From: Octopus vulgaris
Lineage: Eukaryota
DNA: 64,000 nt
Direction: 5' to 3'
NCBI GenBank assembly: GCA_951406725.2
Contig: OX597816.1
Span: forward strand, 72,788,001 to 72,852,000
Numbering within the stretch: the first letter of the stretch is position 1; every line of letters begins with the position of its first letter. The notes beneath the pieces were generated by a model. The model did not search any database and was not told where the DNA came from. It saw only the letters and a list, made by a program, of their open reading frames with translations. This document shows, piece by piece, positions 41,332-54,432 of the stretch. The position numbers and the translations under genes were made by a program.

Positions 41332-41410
41332 TATATATCTGTATGCTTCTATGTGCATGCGTGCCGTCATGCATACATTTATGCTTACAGAGAAATGTGT
41401 ATATTTATGC

Positions 41411-41448
<38 letters not shown>

Positions 41449-41472
41449 GAGTGTGTACGCATATATATATAC

Positions 41473-41568
<96 letters not shown>

Positions 41569-41653
41569 GTACATGTATATATATTACCGCTTCATGGTGT
41601 CACTTACCCTAAGGAATATAAAAAAATTAATGAACGCACGAAGCCAAATTGTA

Positions 41654-41694
<41 letters not shown>

Positions 41695-41981
41695 GGAGGG
41701 AGAGAGAGAGAGAGAGAAAGAGAGTGAGATTGAAGCAATATTTATGCCGCATGCATGCACATACGTACACGCTCTCATCGTTTATATTTGTGTATAATAT
41801 TTACATCTAAAGATATGTATGTTCGTGTGTGCATGCGCACGTGTGTGCTCATATACGAGCGTTTGTGGTTTTACACGCAGTTACAAATATGAATTTCATT
41901 AAATGAAAGAGCTTTGGCGGAAGCAGAAATAACAATCTATATGCTTCTTCAACTATTTATGTATTCTCATATATGTGTGTG

Positions 41982-42028
<47 letters not shown>

Positions 42029-42327
42029 ATCGCACACACACATATACATGTATGTATGTTTCAATCCGCAACAATCTATTTAATCTCGAAATCGGAAACC
42101 GGGTTAAGTGGCGACCCTGAGATTTAGAGTGGTTTGAGCACAGATTTATGTACATCTGTATATTCATAAAATATATGTGTCTGTATCTCAGGATATGAAT
42201 GCGTTTACGCATTTCGTGAATGCTTGCGTTCGTATTCGCGTATATTTACGTTTAATTCGAGGACGAATGGGACTCGTATTTATATGTGTGATTCATATAT
42301 ATATATATATATATATATAAACAAAAG

Positions 42328-42607
42328 AGTGACTGTGTGGCAAGAAACTTGCTTCCCAACCACATGATTCCGATTTCAGTTCCACAGCGTGGCACCTTGG
42401 TGAAGTGTTTTCTACTGTAGTCTCGGGGCGACAAAAGTCTTATGAGTGAATTTAGTAGACGGAAACTGCAAGAAGCTTGTCGTATATATATATACATGTA
42501 TGTAATATATGTATGTATGTATATGTGTATATATATGCATATGTATATACATACATACACACACACACACAAACACACATATAAATATATATATATATTA
42601 TATATAC

Positions 42608-42653
<46 letters not shown>

Positions 42654-42810
42654 TTGTGCGCCTGTCCCCACCTACATCCCTTGACAATACCGATAGAATA
42701 TGTACTAGGCTTACAAAGAATAAGTCCTGGGGTCGATTTGTTCGATTAAAGGGGGTGCTCTAGCATTGCCGCAGTCAAATGATTGAAACAAGTAAAAGAA
42801 TAAAAGAATA
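42328..42810 (+). mobile_element. SINE family B with expanded internal microsatellite
   Basis: Head, CORE-like segment, about 170-bp TA/CA/TG tract, 3' part. Confidence 0.85.
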
Positions 42811-42843
42811 TATACCATCCAGTCAGAGAGATGCGCGCACATA

Positions 42844-42881
<38 letters not shown>

Positions 42882-43124
42882 TGCGTTAATATACATCGCC
42901 AGAAGTCCATAATTTTGCGACACTCTTGTTAGTTGTAATGAGTTTAATCAATAACATTCGCGTAGATCTTAGGAGTGGTTCATGGCAATGTGGTTATGAA
43001 GCCCGATATGCAAGCATGTAATATCGGGTTCAGCCCTACTACACTGCACCACTTCTTTCTATAAGTACCAGGCCGACCAATGTTTTGAAAGTAAATTTGG
43101 TAGACAGAAAATGTCTACTAAATT

Positions 43125-43360
43125 AAGGCGGCGAGCTGGCAGAAACGTTAGCACGCCGGGCGAAATGCCTTGTGGTATTTCGTCTGCCGCTGCATTCTGA
43201 GTTCAAATTCCGCTGAGGTCGACTTTGCCTTTCATCCTTTGGGAATCGATAAATTAAGTATCAGTTTCGCACTGGGGTTGATGTAATCGACTTAATCCCT
43301 TTGTCTGTCCTTGTTTGTCATCTCTGTGTTTAGCTCCTTGTGGGCAATAAAGAAATAAGA
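43125..43360 (+). mobile_element. SINE family A monomer
   Basis: AGGCGGCGAGCTGGCAGAAACGTTAGC head through GGCAATAAAGAAATAAG. Confidence 0.9.
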
Positions 43361-43571
43361 AAATGTGGAATTTGATAGAAAGAAAATGTTGAACCAGTTG
43401 TACGCACGGCAGACCAATTTTGTCACTACTGCAAGCTTTTGTTTCAACGATTTCTGTCATTCTTATAAAGTCTACCTCCAGAGGCCTTTGACACGTATAA
43501 ACCACCCCGGAATCCCACAACGACATATTAACAAACACTCTCTCCCGTTCTCTCCCCCTCTTTCTCTATCC

Positions 43572-43631
<60 letters not shown>

Positions 43632-43824
43632 ACATTCCTAACAAAAACCAGAATTGCATACGCACAACTATTGCTGCAATATCGATAGCCTCAACAGCTC
43701 CAGACTAAGCTGTAAGAAGCATCAACTGTTGCATTCTGACTCAGTCTATCTTGTTCGCCTCCGCTGTATCTAGTTATGACCTCATTAACAATAACCATAA
43801 TGATAGTGTTATATTTTCGAAGAA

Positions 43825-44395
43825 GGCAACGAACTGGCAGAAACGTTAGCACGTCAGCGACATGCTTAGCGGTATTTCGTCTGCCGCTACGTTCAGAGTT
43901 CAAATTCCGCCGAGGTCGACTTTGCCTTTCATTCTTTCGGGGTCGATAAATTAAAGTACCAGTTACGCACTGGGGTCGATGTAATCGACTTAATACCTAT
44001 GTCTGTCCTTGTTTGTCCCCTCTATGTTTAGCCCCTTGTGGGTAATAAAGAAATAGGTATTTCGTCTGCCGCTACGTTCTGAGTTCAAATTCTGCCGAGG
44101 TCGACTTTGCCTTTCATTCTTTCGGGGTCGATAAATTAAGTACCAGTTACGCATTGGAGTCGATATAATCGACTTAATCCATTTGTCTCTCCTTGTTTGT
44201 CCTCGCTGTGGGTAGTAAAGAAATAGAAATAGGTATTTCGTCTCAGAAGAGTTCAAATTCCGCCAAGGTCAACTTTGCCTAACATCCGTTCGGGGTCGAT
44301 AAATTAAGTACCAGTTACGTACTTGGGTCGATGTAATCGACTGACCCACCTCCCCCAAAATTTCGGGCCTTGTGCATAGGGTAGAAAAGTATTAT
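43825..44395 (+). mobile_element. SINE family A internal trimer
   Basis: Single head; units start GTATTTCG at 43872, 44057 and 44233; the last unit ends in the CCTCCCCCAAAATTTCGGGCC tail. Confidence 0.9.
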
Positions 44396-44771
44396 ATTTA
44401 GCACGATCATCCCTGTACCTGCAATCAGTACACTAAAGTCCTGTGGTGCCTACAATTAGACAACTGCATCTTCATTATAAGCCATTAGTTGCTATCGTAT
44501 AATGTCGGTCATCTCAAAACGAGGGGATACCCGTAACAATTAGTTTATCGATAAAACAAGTAAATGGCGATTCGTCGATCAAATATACATAGTTAATATA
44601 GAGTTAGAATAATTGTGAAGTTACGTATGAGCCATGGACGAAAGCGTTAATTTCGCGTAGGTTTTGTGAGAGAGAAATGAGCGTCAGACTGGAAGAAACT
44701 GACGTGGAGGAAGAGGAGGACAAGGAGAACTATTTGCTTATGAAATTACAAATTCTGGTTGCCATGTTGTT

Positions 44772-44918
44772 ATTATGAGTCGACTGATACATATTGCTCT
44801 GTTCACACTCAGTGTTCATGCTCATGCAGTAGTTCTTGTTGGAATATTGATTTCAAATTTCAGCACAAAACCAGCAATTTAGGGGAGGGGTAAGTCGATT
44901 ATGTTACCCCAGTACTCA
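44772..44918. repeat. Inverted duplicate of 47622-47767
   Basis: Near-identical reverse complement over about 147 bp, including non-SINE sequence. Confidence 0.93.
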
Positions 44919-45336
44919 GCACAAAACCAGCAATTTCAGGAGACATTTGCGAACCACGTGTATTTCTTATCAAAAAATACGCTTCGCTACAGCAGTTACC
45001 TGTTCATCTTCTCAGGCATAGTGTATCTTAGAGTACATTAACCGATATGTTTCTGTTTTTTTTCTTTTTGTAGATGTTGCGGTTTGGGAGACATTACACG
45101 TGACTGCTATATCTAGAAGATTAATCGACCACACAGACCGTTCCAGTAGAGTCTGGTGGTGGTGGTGGTGGTTGCAGTGGAGGAAGGCAAGGTGAACACA
45201 AATGGGTGCGGCGGTTGTCGAAATGTCTTGCATTCATTTCAGGGGATCTGTATCTCAACTGTGTTTATGGGTCCAATATCCTTATTTATAATACTGCTAT
45301 TTTGTGTTCGCATGAGTTTCTATGTTTGGTTGGTGA

Positions 45337-45527
45337 AGGCACGTGGCTTAGTGGTTAGAGTATTGGACTCGCGATTCTAAAGTTGCGAGTTCGATTCCTG
45401 TTGGTGGTATATGAAGGGTTCGCGTGCCTGTAGAACGCTCAACCACTTGCACGTTGATTTCACGTGTAGTCTGTTCTATTGACCGGATCAACTGGAACCC
45501 ACATCGTCGTTACCGACGGAGTGCCAG
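45337..45527 (+). mobile_element. Internally deleted SINE (C-like head + distal tail Y)
   Basis: GGCACGTGGCTTAGTGGTTAGAG..GTTCGATTCC then CCACTTGCACGTT..CCGACGGAGTGCC. Confidence 0.7.
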
Positions 45528-45538
45528 GTTTTAAGTGT

Positions 45539-45867
45539 AGGCGTGCGGCCAAGTGGTTAGGGCATGCGGCTCATGATCATATGGTATTGAGTTCGATACC
45601 GGCGGTGCATTGTGTCCTTCACCAAGACACTTCATTTTATGTTGCTCCAGTCCACTCAGCTGGTAAAAATGAGTTGTACCTGTATTTCAAAGGGCCAACC
45701 TTAACACATTCTGTGTCATGCCGAATCCCCTTGAGAACAACATAAAGAGTATGCGTGTCTGCGGAGTACTCAGCCACTTGCACGTTAACTTCACGAGCAG
45801 GCTGTTCCGTTGATCGAATCAACTGTGTTCCAGTTGATCTTATTAACGGAACAGCCCGACGGAGTAC

Positions 45868-45870
<3 letters not shown>
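45539..45870 (+). mobile_element. SINE, head C + tail Y
   Basis: C-type centre GTTGCTCCAGTCCACTCAGCTGG joined to GTTGTACCTGTATTTCAAAGGGCC, the tail of the 37368/48005 copies. Confidence 0.85.
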
Positions 45871-45918
<48 letters not shown>

Positions 45919-45937
45919 TATATATATATATATATAT

Positions 45938-46022
45938 TTTCCTGAGCGCCTAATAATAATACTTTAATTGTTCCACCTCTTTGCGTTGTTGTCTTTTCTA
46001 TTTTCTTGTTTGGATTAATCTT
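45938..46022. repeat. Terminal fragment of the 23515-23680 family, opposite orientation, in (TA)n
   Basis: TTTCCTGAGCG.CTAATAATA..TTGTTCCAC..GTTTGGATTAA matches the reverse complement of 23518-23599. Confidence 0.7.
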
Positions 46023-46273
46023 ATATATATATTAATGTTTGTTTGGTTTGGTGATGGAAAATAGAGTTCCTAAAATGGTGTTATAGTAAAGTGAACGTGT
46101 AGTTATACCGATGGTATGATTTGAACTTGCTGCAATAACAAAACATGTTTCACACATACTCATAACCTTTCTTACCTTCAGTATTTTTCTTTCATTGTAT
46201 AAATGATCTTTCGATATTTGCGTACAGCTTGTGTTATGTGATGTAGGTGTTTTGTAAATAGAATTATGAGCCG

Positions 46274-46494
46274 TCACTATATGACTACACAAAATAGTTT
46301 AACATTAGGGCAGATAATCCCCCATAACAGGAAAAAATGGGCATTAGTACGCGCGTAATGAGTCACCACACTTATTGCGAAAATAGGAGATGTGGGTTCG
46401 ATTCACACGCGTACTAATGCCAGAATTTTTTTCCGGTACGGGGGCTTTATATGCCATAATGTTAGACAATTTCTTCATAGTCAATAAACAGTGA
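46274..46494. repeat. Diverged inverted repeat around a B-box-like motif
   Basis: GGCATTAGTACGCG (46340) versus CGCGTACTAATGCC (46408), with pairing extending outward through AACATTA/TAATGTT and TGACTA/TAGTCA; GGTTCGATTC at 46395. Confidence 0.75.
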
Positions 46495-46993
46495 ACTTTC
46501 CTAATTTAACTTGCAAAATTTCAATCGCCACCGTTTCCTAATTCTCGCACAACTCGCTCATGTTTATATGAGTTGTGTACTTTGGGCTCAGGAAGAATTA
46601 TTCTAATTTATATTGCTCCGTCATTCTTTATGCTAACCAAACGCTATGCATAAGAGTGTTCTAAGTCCATTTTTACGTAGGTGTGAATTATTTTCCATTA
46701 TATTCTAAACTAACTTTTTTTTTTTTGTGTCAGTCACTTGCCTGCGGCCATGCTGGAGCACCGTCTTTATTCGAGCAAATTACTCCCGAGACTTATTCTT
46801 CGTAAGCCTAGTATATTCTATCGGTCTGCTTTAACTTTCTCTATGTTTTGCTTTTAAGAAAGAATAACAGAAGGTAAAAATGTGTGGGTGAGTAATATAA
46901 TATGTCTGTGACAACTCGATCTGGAAATTACGATTTCTAGACACATTTTTATAGTGTTCGAACAAGAACTCAGTGATCTATAATACTGTGAGA

Positions 46994-47060
<67 letters not shown>

Positions 47061-47073
47061 GCTACAAGAACTA

Positions 47074-47486
47074 AGGCGACCAGCTGGCAGAAACGTTAGC
47101 ATGCCGGGCGAAATGCTTAGCGGTTTTTCGTCTGCCTTTACTTTCTGAGTTCAAATTCCGCCGAGGTCGACTTTGCCTTTCATCCTTTCGGAGTCGATAA
47201 ATTAAGTACCAGTTACGCACTGGGGTCGATATAATCGACTTAATCCGTTTGTCTGTCCTTGTTTGTCCTCTCTGTGTTTAGCCCCTTGTGAGTAGTAAAG
47301 AAATAGAAATAGGTATTTCGCTCGTCGCTCCGTACTGAGTTCAAATTCCGCCGAATCGGACTTTGCCTATCACCCTTTCGAGGTCGATAAAATATGTATC
47401 AGTCAAGTACTGGGGTCGTTGTAATCGACTATCCCCCCTCCCCAATATGTCAGGCTTTGTGCCTATAGTAGAAAGAATTATTACTT
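47074..47486 (+). mobile_element. SINE family A dimer, TSD CAAGAACTA
   Basis: Head + two cores; CAAGAACTA at 47065-47073 and 47487-47495. Confidence 0.9.
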
Positions 47487-47495
47487 CAAGAACTA

Positions 47496-47701
47496 TAGCG
47501 ACGAGCTAGCAGAATCGTTAGTACGTCGAGCGAAATGCTTAGCAGTATTTCACCTGTCTTCACGTCCTAAGTTCAAATTCTGACGTAGTCGACTTTGCTT
47601 TTCCTCTAAGTAAGTACCAGTTGAGTACTGGGGTAACATAATCGACTTACCCCTCCCCGAAATTGCTGGTTTTGTGCTGAAATTTGAAATCAATATTCCA
47701 A
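47496..47701 (+). mobile_element. Older SINE family A copy, same TSD
   Basis: Degenerate head/core/tail; CAAGAACTA again at 47702-47710. Confidence 0.8.
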
Positions 47702-48004
47702 CAAGAACTACTGCATGAGCATGAACACTGAAGTGAACAGAGCAATATGTATCAGTCGACTCATAATCCGAAGAAAACCAAAACCGTTTCTTATTGGGGA
47801 TGATGGTACTGGGGAACCAGACAATCAGCCAAAGGATCCGTTGCTTGTGTTCTGTCACCCTGTCACCTACACCGGGTTGTATCTGTGGCTAAGACTCTTA
47901 ACTGTCTAATGAAACAGATATCTATCTGTTGCAAGATAGGGGTAATTTATTATTGCAGGGCTGTTAAAATAAGCAAGTGTTCCTTTAGCTTGTAGTATTA
48001 ATTA

Positions 48005-48393
48005 GGAGGCGCAATGGCCAAGTGGTTAGGGTAGCGGAATCGCGGTCATAGGATCGCGGTTTCGATTCCCAGACCGGGCGTTGTGAGTGTTTATTGAGCG
48101 AAAACGCCTAAAAGCTCCACGAGGCTCCGGCAGGGGATGGTGGTGATCCCTGCTGTACTCTTTCACCACAACTTTCTCTCACTCTTTCTTCCTGTTTCTG
48201 TTGTACCTGTATTTCAAAGGGCCGGCCTTGTCACTCTCTGTGTCACGCTGAATATCCCCGAGAACTACGTTAAGGGTACACGTGTCTGTGGAGTGCTCAG
48301 CCACTCACACGTTAATTTCACGAGCAGGCTGTTCCGTTGATTCGGATCAACCGGAATCCTCGTCGTCGTAACCGACGGAGTGCTTCCATCATC
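48005..48393 (+). mobile_element. SINE, head D + tail Y, 8-bp TSD
   Basis: TSD ATTAATTA; (CAT)n tail; highly similar to 37368-37750. Confidence 0.93.
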
Positions 48394-49184
48394 ATTAATT
48401 AAATCAAGCTTATGAGACAAGAGAATTCACTTCAGTCCTGGTTTTTAAACCTTGGTTCGATTTACAGGAACTATGGTTCTGTTAGCGAGTAAATCCTATT
48501 CTCAAATTCAAAGAGGTTTCGTTAAGACAATTTCTCGAGCTCTGCCAACATTTCGCTGATGAGGAAATATATTGGTTGAGCAGCATCCATTCTTCCGTTT
48601 CGCCTATCCAAGTTTGCTTCTTGTTGTGTCATCTACAATACGTATTGGTCTCTACTATAACCGTTACAATTTTACTTTAAGATGAGTCAAAAATTGATCA
48701 TCCATATGGATTGTCGATGTGACAAAATTAACAGCCAAATCGTCCTCAAGTTAAAAATTATGTGGTTTTAAAAACAGGAAATACAAATGTGATGAAGGGA
48801 TAATGTGGTCCCAGATGCAATATCTGAATAAAAGACAGTAGGGTAACGACTGGAGCGCCTTTGGTTATAGGTCTGCTCAATCAGAGCTGTCTTGGGATTA
48901 CATGACAACAGCAGCAACTAACTGTCCAAAAATGAGTATAAATCGTGGTTGGTATCGGCGAGATTTGAACTTACAATCAATTAGACAATGAGTCAAATAC
49001 CGTAAAACATCTATGTCGGCGCTCCATACTGTTTCCGACGTCGGCTTCAATGATAATTCCAAGAAACGAAACGGGGAAACAATAATAAAATGAAGTAGGA
49101 AAAGAAAAAAAAAAGAACAGGAAAGTAGAAAAAGGAAAATAACATTCATAAAGGTACGCGCATATATACAAGCACACACGTACA

Positions 49185-49240
<56 letters not shown>

Positions 49241-50078
49241 GACACATCAATAATCGAAACAATAAAAACAACAAATTGAAGAACCCTCAGAAAACCCAAA
49301 GAAACTGTACCCACATACATATAAACCAAGTTTTCATTCTTGAAAAATGACAAGAGAAAAGCTATTTATTGCCAAATAAAAGGTAGGAGTCGGTGAAGTG
49401 TAGCTAAGCAAAGCTTTCATGAAATGAGGCTAAAGTGATATTTTTGATAGGCAGCCATTTTTGATTGTTTTCTGTTCTGCTATTATTCTTATTATCCCCC
49501 CTCCCCACCGCTTTTCCTCCGCCGCCACCATTTTCTTTTTATAAGCTTACAAGTATCTTCCTAATGAATATTCATGGTTTCAATTGCAACAAATAGCAAC
49601 CATTTCGGGAGGTAAAATGGCGATAAAAAAAAACTCCTTAAAAGTGAATAAATAAATAAACGAAAAGAAAAATTGGAGGAAGACGCATAAAAGATAGAAT
49701 GCGAAAAGAAAGAGAAGATGAAGATGAAGATGGAGATGAAGAAAAAGAAGACGATATCACAAGAATGTACATAAAGCACCACAGCAATGGAAACAATTGA
49801 ATTAATAAAATAAGGATAACAAAAAGATTACAACAACAACAACCAAAGCAATGATAATAGCGCGGTGGTGATGATGATTGTGATGGTGGTGGTGGTGATG
49901 GAGAGTTCAAGATGTAGATGCGGTAGCAGAAGGAGGAGGAAGAGAAACAGTCAGAGGGTAGTATTAACAATGGACGATGGATGACGTTAATATGAAACAC
50001 AATAACGAGAACAACAACATCGTTAATAACAAAAGCAGATACATTAACTGTACCAAGGAACTACAAAAATATGACGAC

Positions 50079-50153
<75 letters not shown>

Positions 50154-50264
50154 AAGTCCTTTGACCCAAGGCACAAGGCTTGAAATTTTGAGGGGAAGAG
50201 CTATTCAATTACGTTGACCCTAGTGCGTAGCTGGTACATTTCATTTCATTCTTTTATCCTTTCA

Positions 50265-50483
50265 TCCTTTTGCTTGTTTCAGTCATTTGTCAGCGGCCAT
50301 GCTAGAGCACCTCCTTAAAATGTTTTAGTCGTAGAAATTGACCCTAGGACTTATTCTTTTTAAACCTAGTACTTAATCTATCGGTCTGTTTTCCCGAACT
50401 GCTAAGTTACAGGGACGTAAACCTACCAACATCGGTTGTCAAGCGATGGTGGAGTAGAGGGCTAACACAGACACACACACACA

Positions 50484-50529
<46 letters not shown>

Positions 50530-50693
50530 GACGGGCTTCTTTCAGTTTCTGCCTACCAAATCCACTCACAAGGCTTTGGTCGGCCCGAGGCTATAGTAGA
50601 AGACAGTCGCTCAAGGTACCATGCAGTAAGACTGAGCCCAGATCCATGTGATTGTGCAGCATGCTTCTTACCACACAGCCATGCTTGCGCCTA
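50265..50693 (-). mobile_element. SINE family B, full length
   Basis: Reverse complement with internal (CA)n(TA)n. Confidence 0.9.
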
Positions 50694-52530
50694 TTTTATC
50701 GACTCCGAAACGATGAAAGGCAAAGTTGACCCCCGGTAGAATTGGAACCCAGGACGCAAAGAGCTGGAAGACATGCCTATAAGTATTTTCTCCAATTCGC
50801 TAACGATTCTGCAAAGCTCTCCACCTTAAGATAATAATGGTAATCGTTTCTAATTTTGGTTCTAGGCCAGCAATTTTCCGAAGTGTGTAAGTCGACTGCA
50901 TCAACCCTTGTGCTCTACTGGTGCATTTTTATCGACTCCGAAATTATGAACGGCAAAGGTGACCTCGGCGGAATTTGAACTAAGAACGTAAGGACGGATG
51001 AAATGCCGCTGAGTATTTTGTCCGGCGTACTTACGATTCTGTTAGTTGGCCGATAATATTCTTTTCTACTATGAGCATGAATCTTGAAATTTTAGCGGAG
51101 GAGGCGATTACATCAACCACAAGGTTTGATTGGAAATTGCTTCATCGAATCCGAAAGGATGAAATGCAAAGTCTACCTCGGCGGAATTTGAACACGGAAC
51201 GTAAAAAGTTGGAAGAAATGCTGTTAAGCATCTTGTCCGACCTGCTAACGATTCTGCCAGCTCACCATCTAAATGGACTATCTCATAATCCTTTCTGCTA
51301 TAAGCACAAGGCCTGAAATTTTGTGCGGGGTTGGGGCAAGTCGATTTCATCGATTTCAGCACTTGACCGATACTTTGTTTTATCATAATGATAATAATTA
51401 TTGTTTCTCGCAGAAACACAAAACTGCAAATTGTTTGGAGAGAAAAGACCAGCTGATTACATCGACCACAGTACCTGAATAATATATTATTTTACCAACT
51501 ACATAATAATGAAAGACAAAGTTCGCCTCGGCCTGGTTTGAACTGAAAACTTAAAAGCCGGGAAAAATACCGCAAGGTGTTTTATCCAACGACCTAGTGA
51601 TTCTTACTATTCGCAGCCTTGTAATTGCTTGTAATTTAGGCACAATGCCGGTATCTTTTGAAGAGAAGGGGCTATTCGAAATCGATTACATTTTCGTCAA
51701 ACTTGAGTGGTATTGTATTTTATGGACTCCAAATGGTCGACAGGTAAAGAAGACTTCGCTGGGATTTTAATCCAGAAGTTTTACAACGGGAACAAATTGT
51801 ACAACGCAATCGGCTAACCTGAAGATGTTAACAATTTGCCACCTTTTAACGATAATGATGGTCTTTGGCTTAGGGACAAGGCTAACGATTTTGAGAGGAG
51901 GTCGATAGTCAATACGATCAACCTCAGTATTTGATTCTTACTTTATTTTATCAACCTGGGAGAGGTAAAATGCAAAATTGACCACGACAAAATTTGAACC
52001 CGCAATGTAAAGATCCGGAAGAAATAACTCAGAGAATTTTTCTGACGCTCTAACGATTCGCCCAGTTCACTTACTTAATAATAATAATAATAGTCCTTTC
52101 TACAATAGACACAAGGTCTGAAATTTGAGGGGAGGGGGACTAATCGATTACATCGACCCCAGTGCGTAACTGGTACTTATGTAATCGACCACGAAAGGAT
52201 GAAAGGCGAAGTCGAACTCGGCGGAATTCGAACTTAGAACTAAGCGGCAGACTGTGATAACAATAGTAATCCTTTCTACAATAGACAGAAGGCCCGAAAT
52301 TTGTGGGGAGGGACCAATTCGATTACATCGAGCCCTGTGCTCTACTAGCACTTATTTCATCGATTTTTTCTGCTGCATTTGAACTCAGAATATTTTGTCC
52401 GGCTTGCTAACCATAAGGTCTGATAGCTTGCAGCCTTAATAATGATAATAATGATGTTTTCCAACATAAGCATAAGCCAAAGATATCGCAGGAGAGTTTA
52501 ATCGATTATTTCGACCCAGTACTTGATTGG
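50694..52530 (-). mobile_element. Head-to-tail stack of about 9 diverged family A SINEs
   Basis: Recurring reverse motifs ATGAAAGGCAAAGT, GGAATTTGAAC and CTAACGATTC about every 200 bp, separated by (AAT)-rich tails. Confidence 0.8.
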
Positions 52531-53471
52531 CAGAAAATGATAAACTTGGCTGGAAAATCTGACAGAGCAACATGAATTACTATAGAAGAATAAGGAAGGA
52601 TAAATAGTTTGAAAGCTATACCTGAGCTGAGAAGAGTTACAAATTTCGCTGAAAATTTTCGCGAATGTGTTGAGACTGATGGAGCGTAATATATTCTTGC
52701 ACTTAAACGTAAAACACCAACTCAAGTAATTAATACACAGTTGAGGAGCTTAGGACTTGATCAAGCTTTAACTCTCCTCCGTAGCCCATGTGAGTAAACA
52801 TTTGTGAGGGCCTTATAGACTCCTGGCATAGATGTCCACTTGCTGATTTTATAGTTTTTATGTATTTCTGACGGCAGAGTCGGATTTGTGATTTGATGGC
52901 TAATTCTAGAAGATCAAGCGAGTAACATGTATAAGCTTTGAGCTACACGATAGTGTGTTGCCGTGTGCCTATCTTAGAAATAATAAAAAAGGTAGACGGA
53001 GGAATGTAGTCAGAAGAGCGCCAGGCAAAGAGTCGTATGGTATTCTATTACCAACCCCTTATATTCTGAGTTCAAAATTCCGCCGAGGTCGATTTTTCCT
53101 TTCATCCAATTGACATCAATAAAATAAAGTACCAGTATTGCAGTTGAGGTAATCGACTAATTTTTCCCTATAGATTTCAGGCCCCTTGTGCCTATGTTAA
53201 AATCATGTCGATTGGTAGCGTCTTTAGTGGCATTTCTTCCGAAACTTCACATTCTGAGTTCAAAGCGCGCTGTGGTTAACTCTGCCTTCAATAGTTCCGG
53301 GTGTTATAAAATAAATGTACCAGTTAAATACTGGGGTCGATGGTATCGGTTTTGCTCCTCCCTTCTAAATTTTTTCTAAATTACAAAACTATCACCACTA
53401 CCACCACTACCATCACCATCACCATCATCATCATCATCATCATCATCATTATTATTATTATTATTATTAGC

Positions 53472-53514
<43 letters not shown>

Positions 53515-54197
53515 ATGGTGGCAGTAGTAGTAGTAGTAGTAGGAGGAGGAGGAGGTGAAATTTCAGCAGCAGCAGTAATGAGTCACGGCGTCTATGATAC
53601 GAACCACAATATTAACGTCAACAACCGCAATAACAATATAACAACAATAACAACAACTACATCAGCTACAACAACAATAAAAATAACTGCCATAAGGATG
53701 TCATGCGTACAAAAATATAATATAACCAGAACAACAAACAACAACAACAATAACAACAACAGATGCTAATAACTGAAACATTAAAAGAATCAAACAGTAA
53801 ATGCAAAAATAAAAGAAGAAAAATAAAACAACTAGAAAGAAAATAACAAGAATAATAATGAAGAATTATGAAAGATTCCTTCATCAAAAGAATAAAAAGA
53901 AAATGAAAGAGAAAAAGAAAGGAAAAGAAGAGAGGATTGGTGGGAGAAAGTAAGAGAGAATGTGGAAAGAATTATAGGAGGGAATACATAAAAAAATGGT
54001 AAAGAATTTAAGAAATGAAAGGCGTAAAAGAAGGAGAGAAACAAAGAAAAGATAGAAAAAATAGAGACAAAGGAAAGGTTAAAGGAAAGGAATGAAGGAG
54101 TAAAAGATGAGGGAGGAAGGAAAAGAATAAAGAACAAACGCAAGAAAGATATTTAGGAGAAAGAAATGCTTAGAAGGAACAAGAGAAAGGGAGAACG

Positions 54198-54236
<39 letters not shown>

Positions 54237-54369
54237 AAAGAGAGAGGGAAAGATATGAAGGAAAGTGAGAGACGGGGAGAGAGAAAGAGAAAGAAAAGTG
54301 AGAAGAAGAGAGAAAAGAAAGAGAAGGGGAAAAGCAAAGCAAGCTACAAAACAAAATCAAAAGTAAAAC

Positions 54370-54432
<63 letters not shown>

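Noticed and set aside
48556-48602. CTGATGA followed by a GGAA/TTCC stem
   Set aside because: No GAAA box after the stem; treated as chance.
52560-52700. Possible Tc1/mariner C-terminal remnant (AIPELRRVTNFAENFRECVETDGA)
   Set aside because: Too short and degenerate to support without a search.
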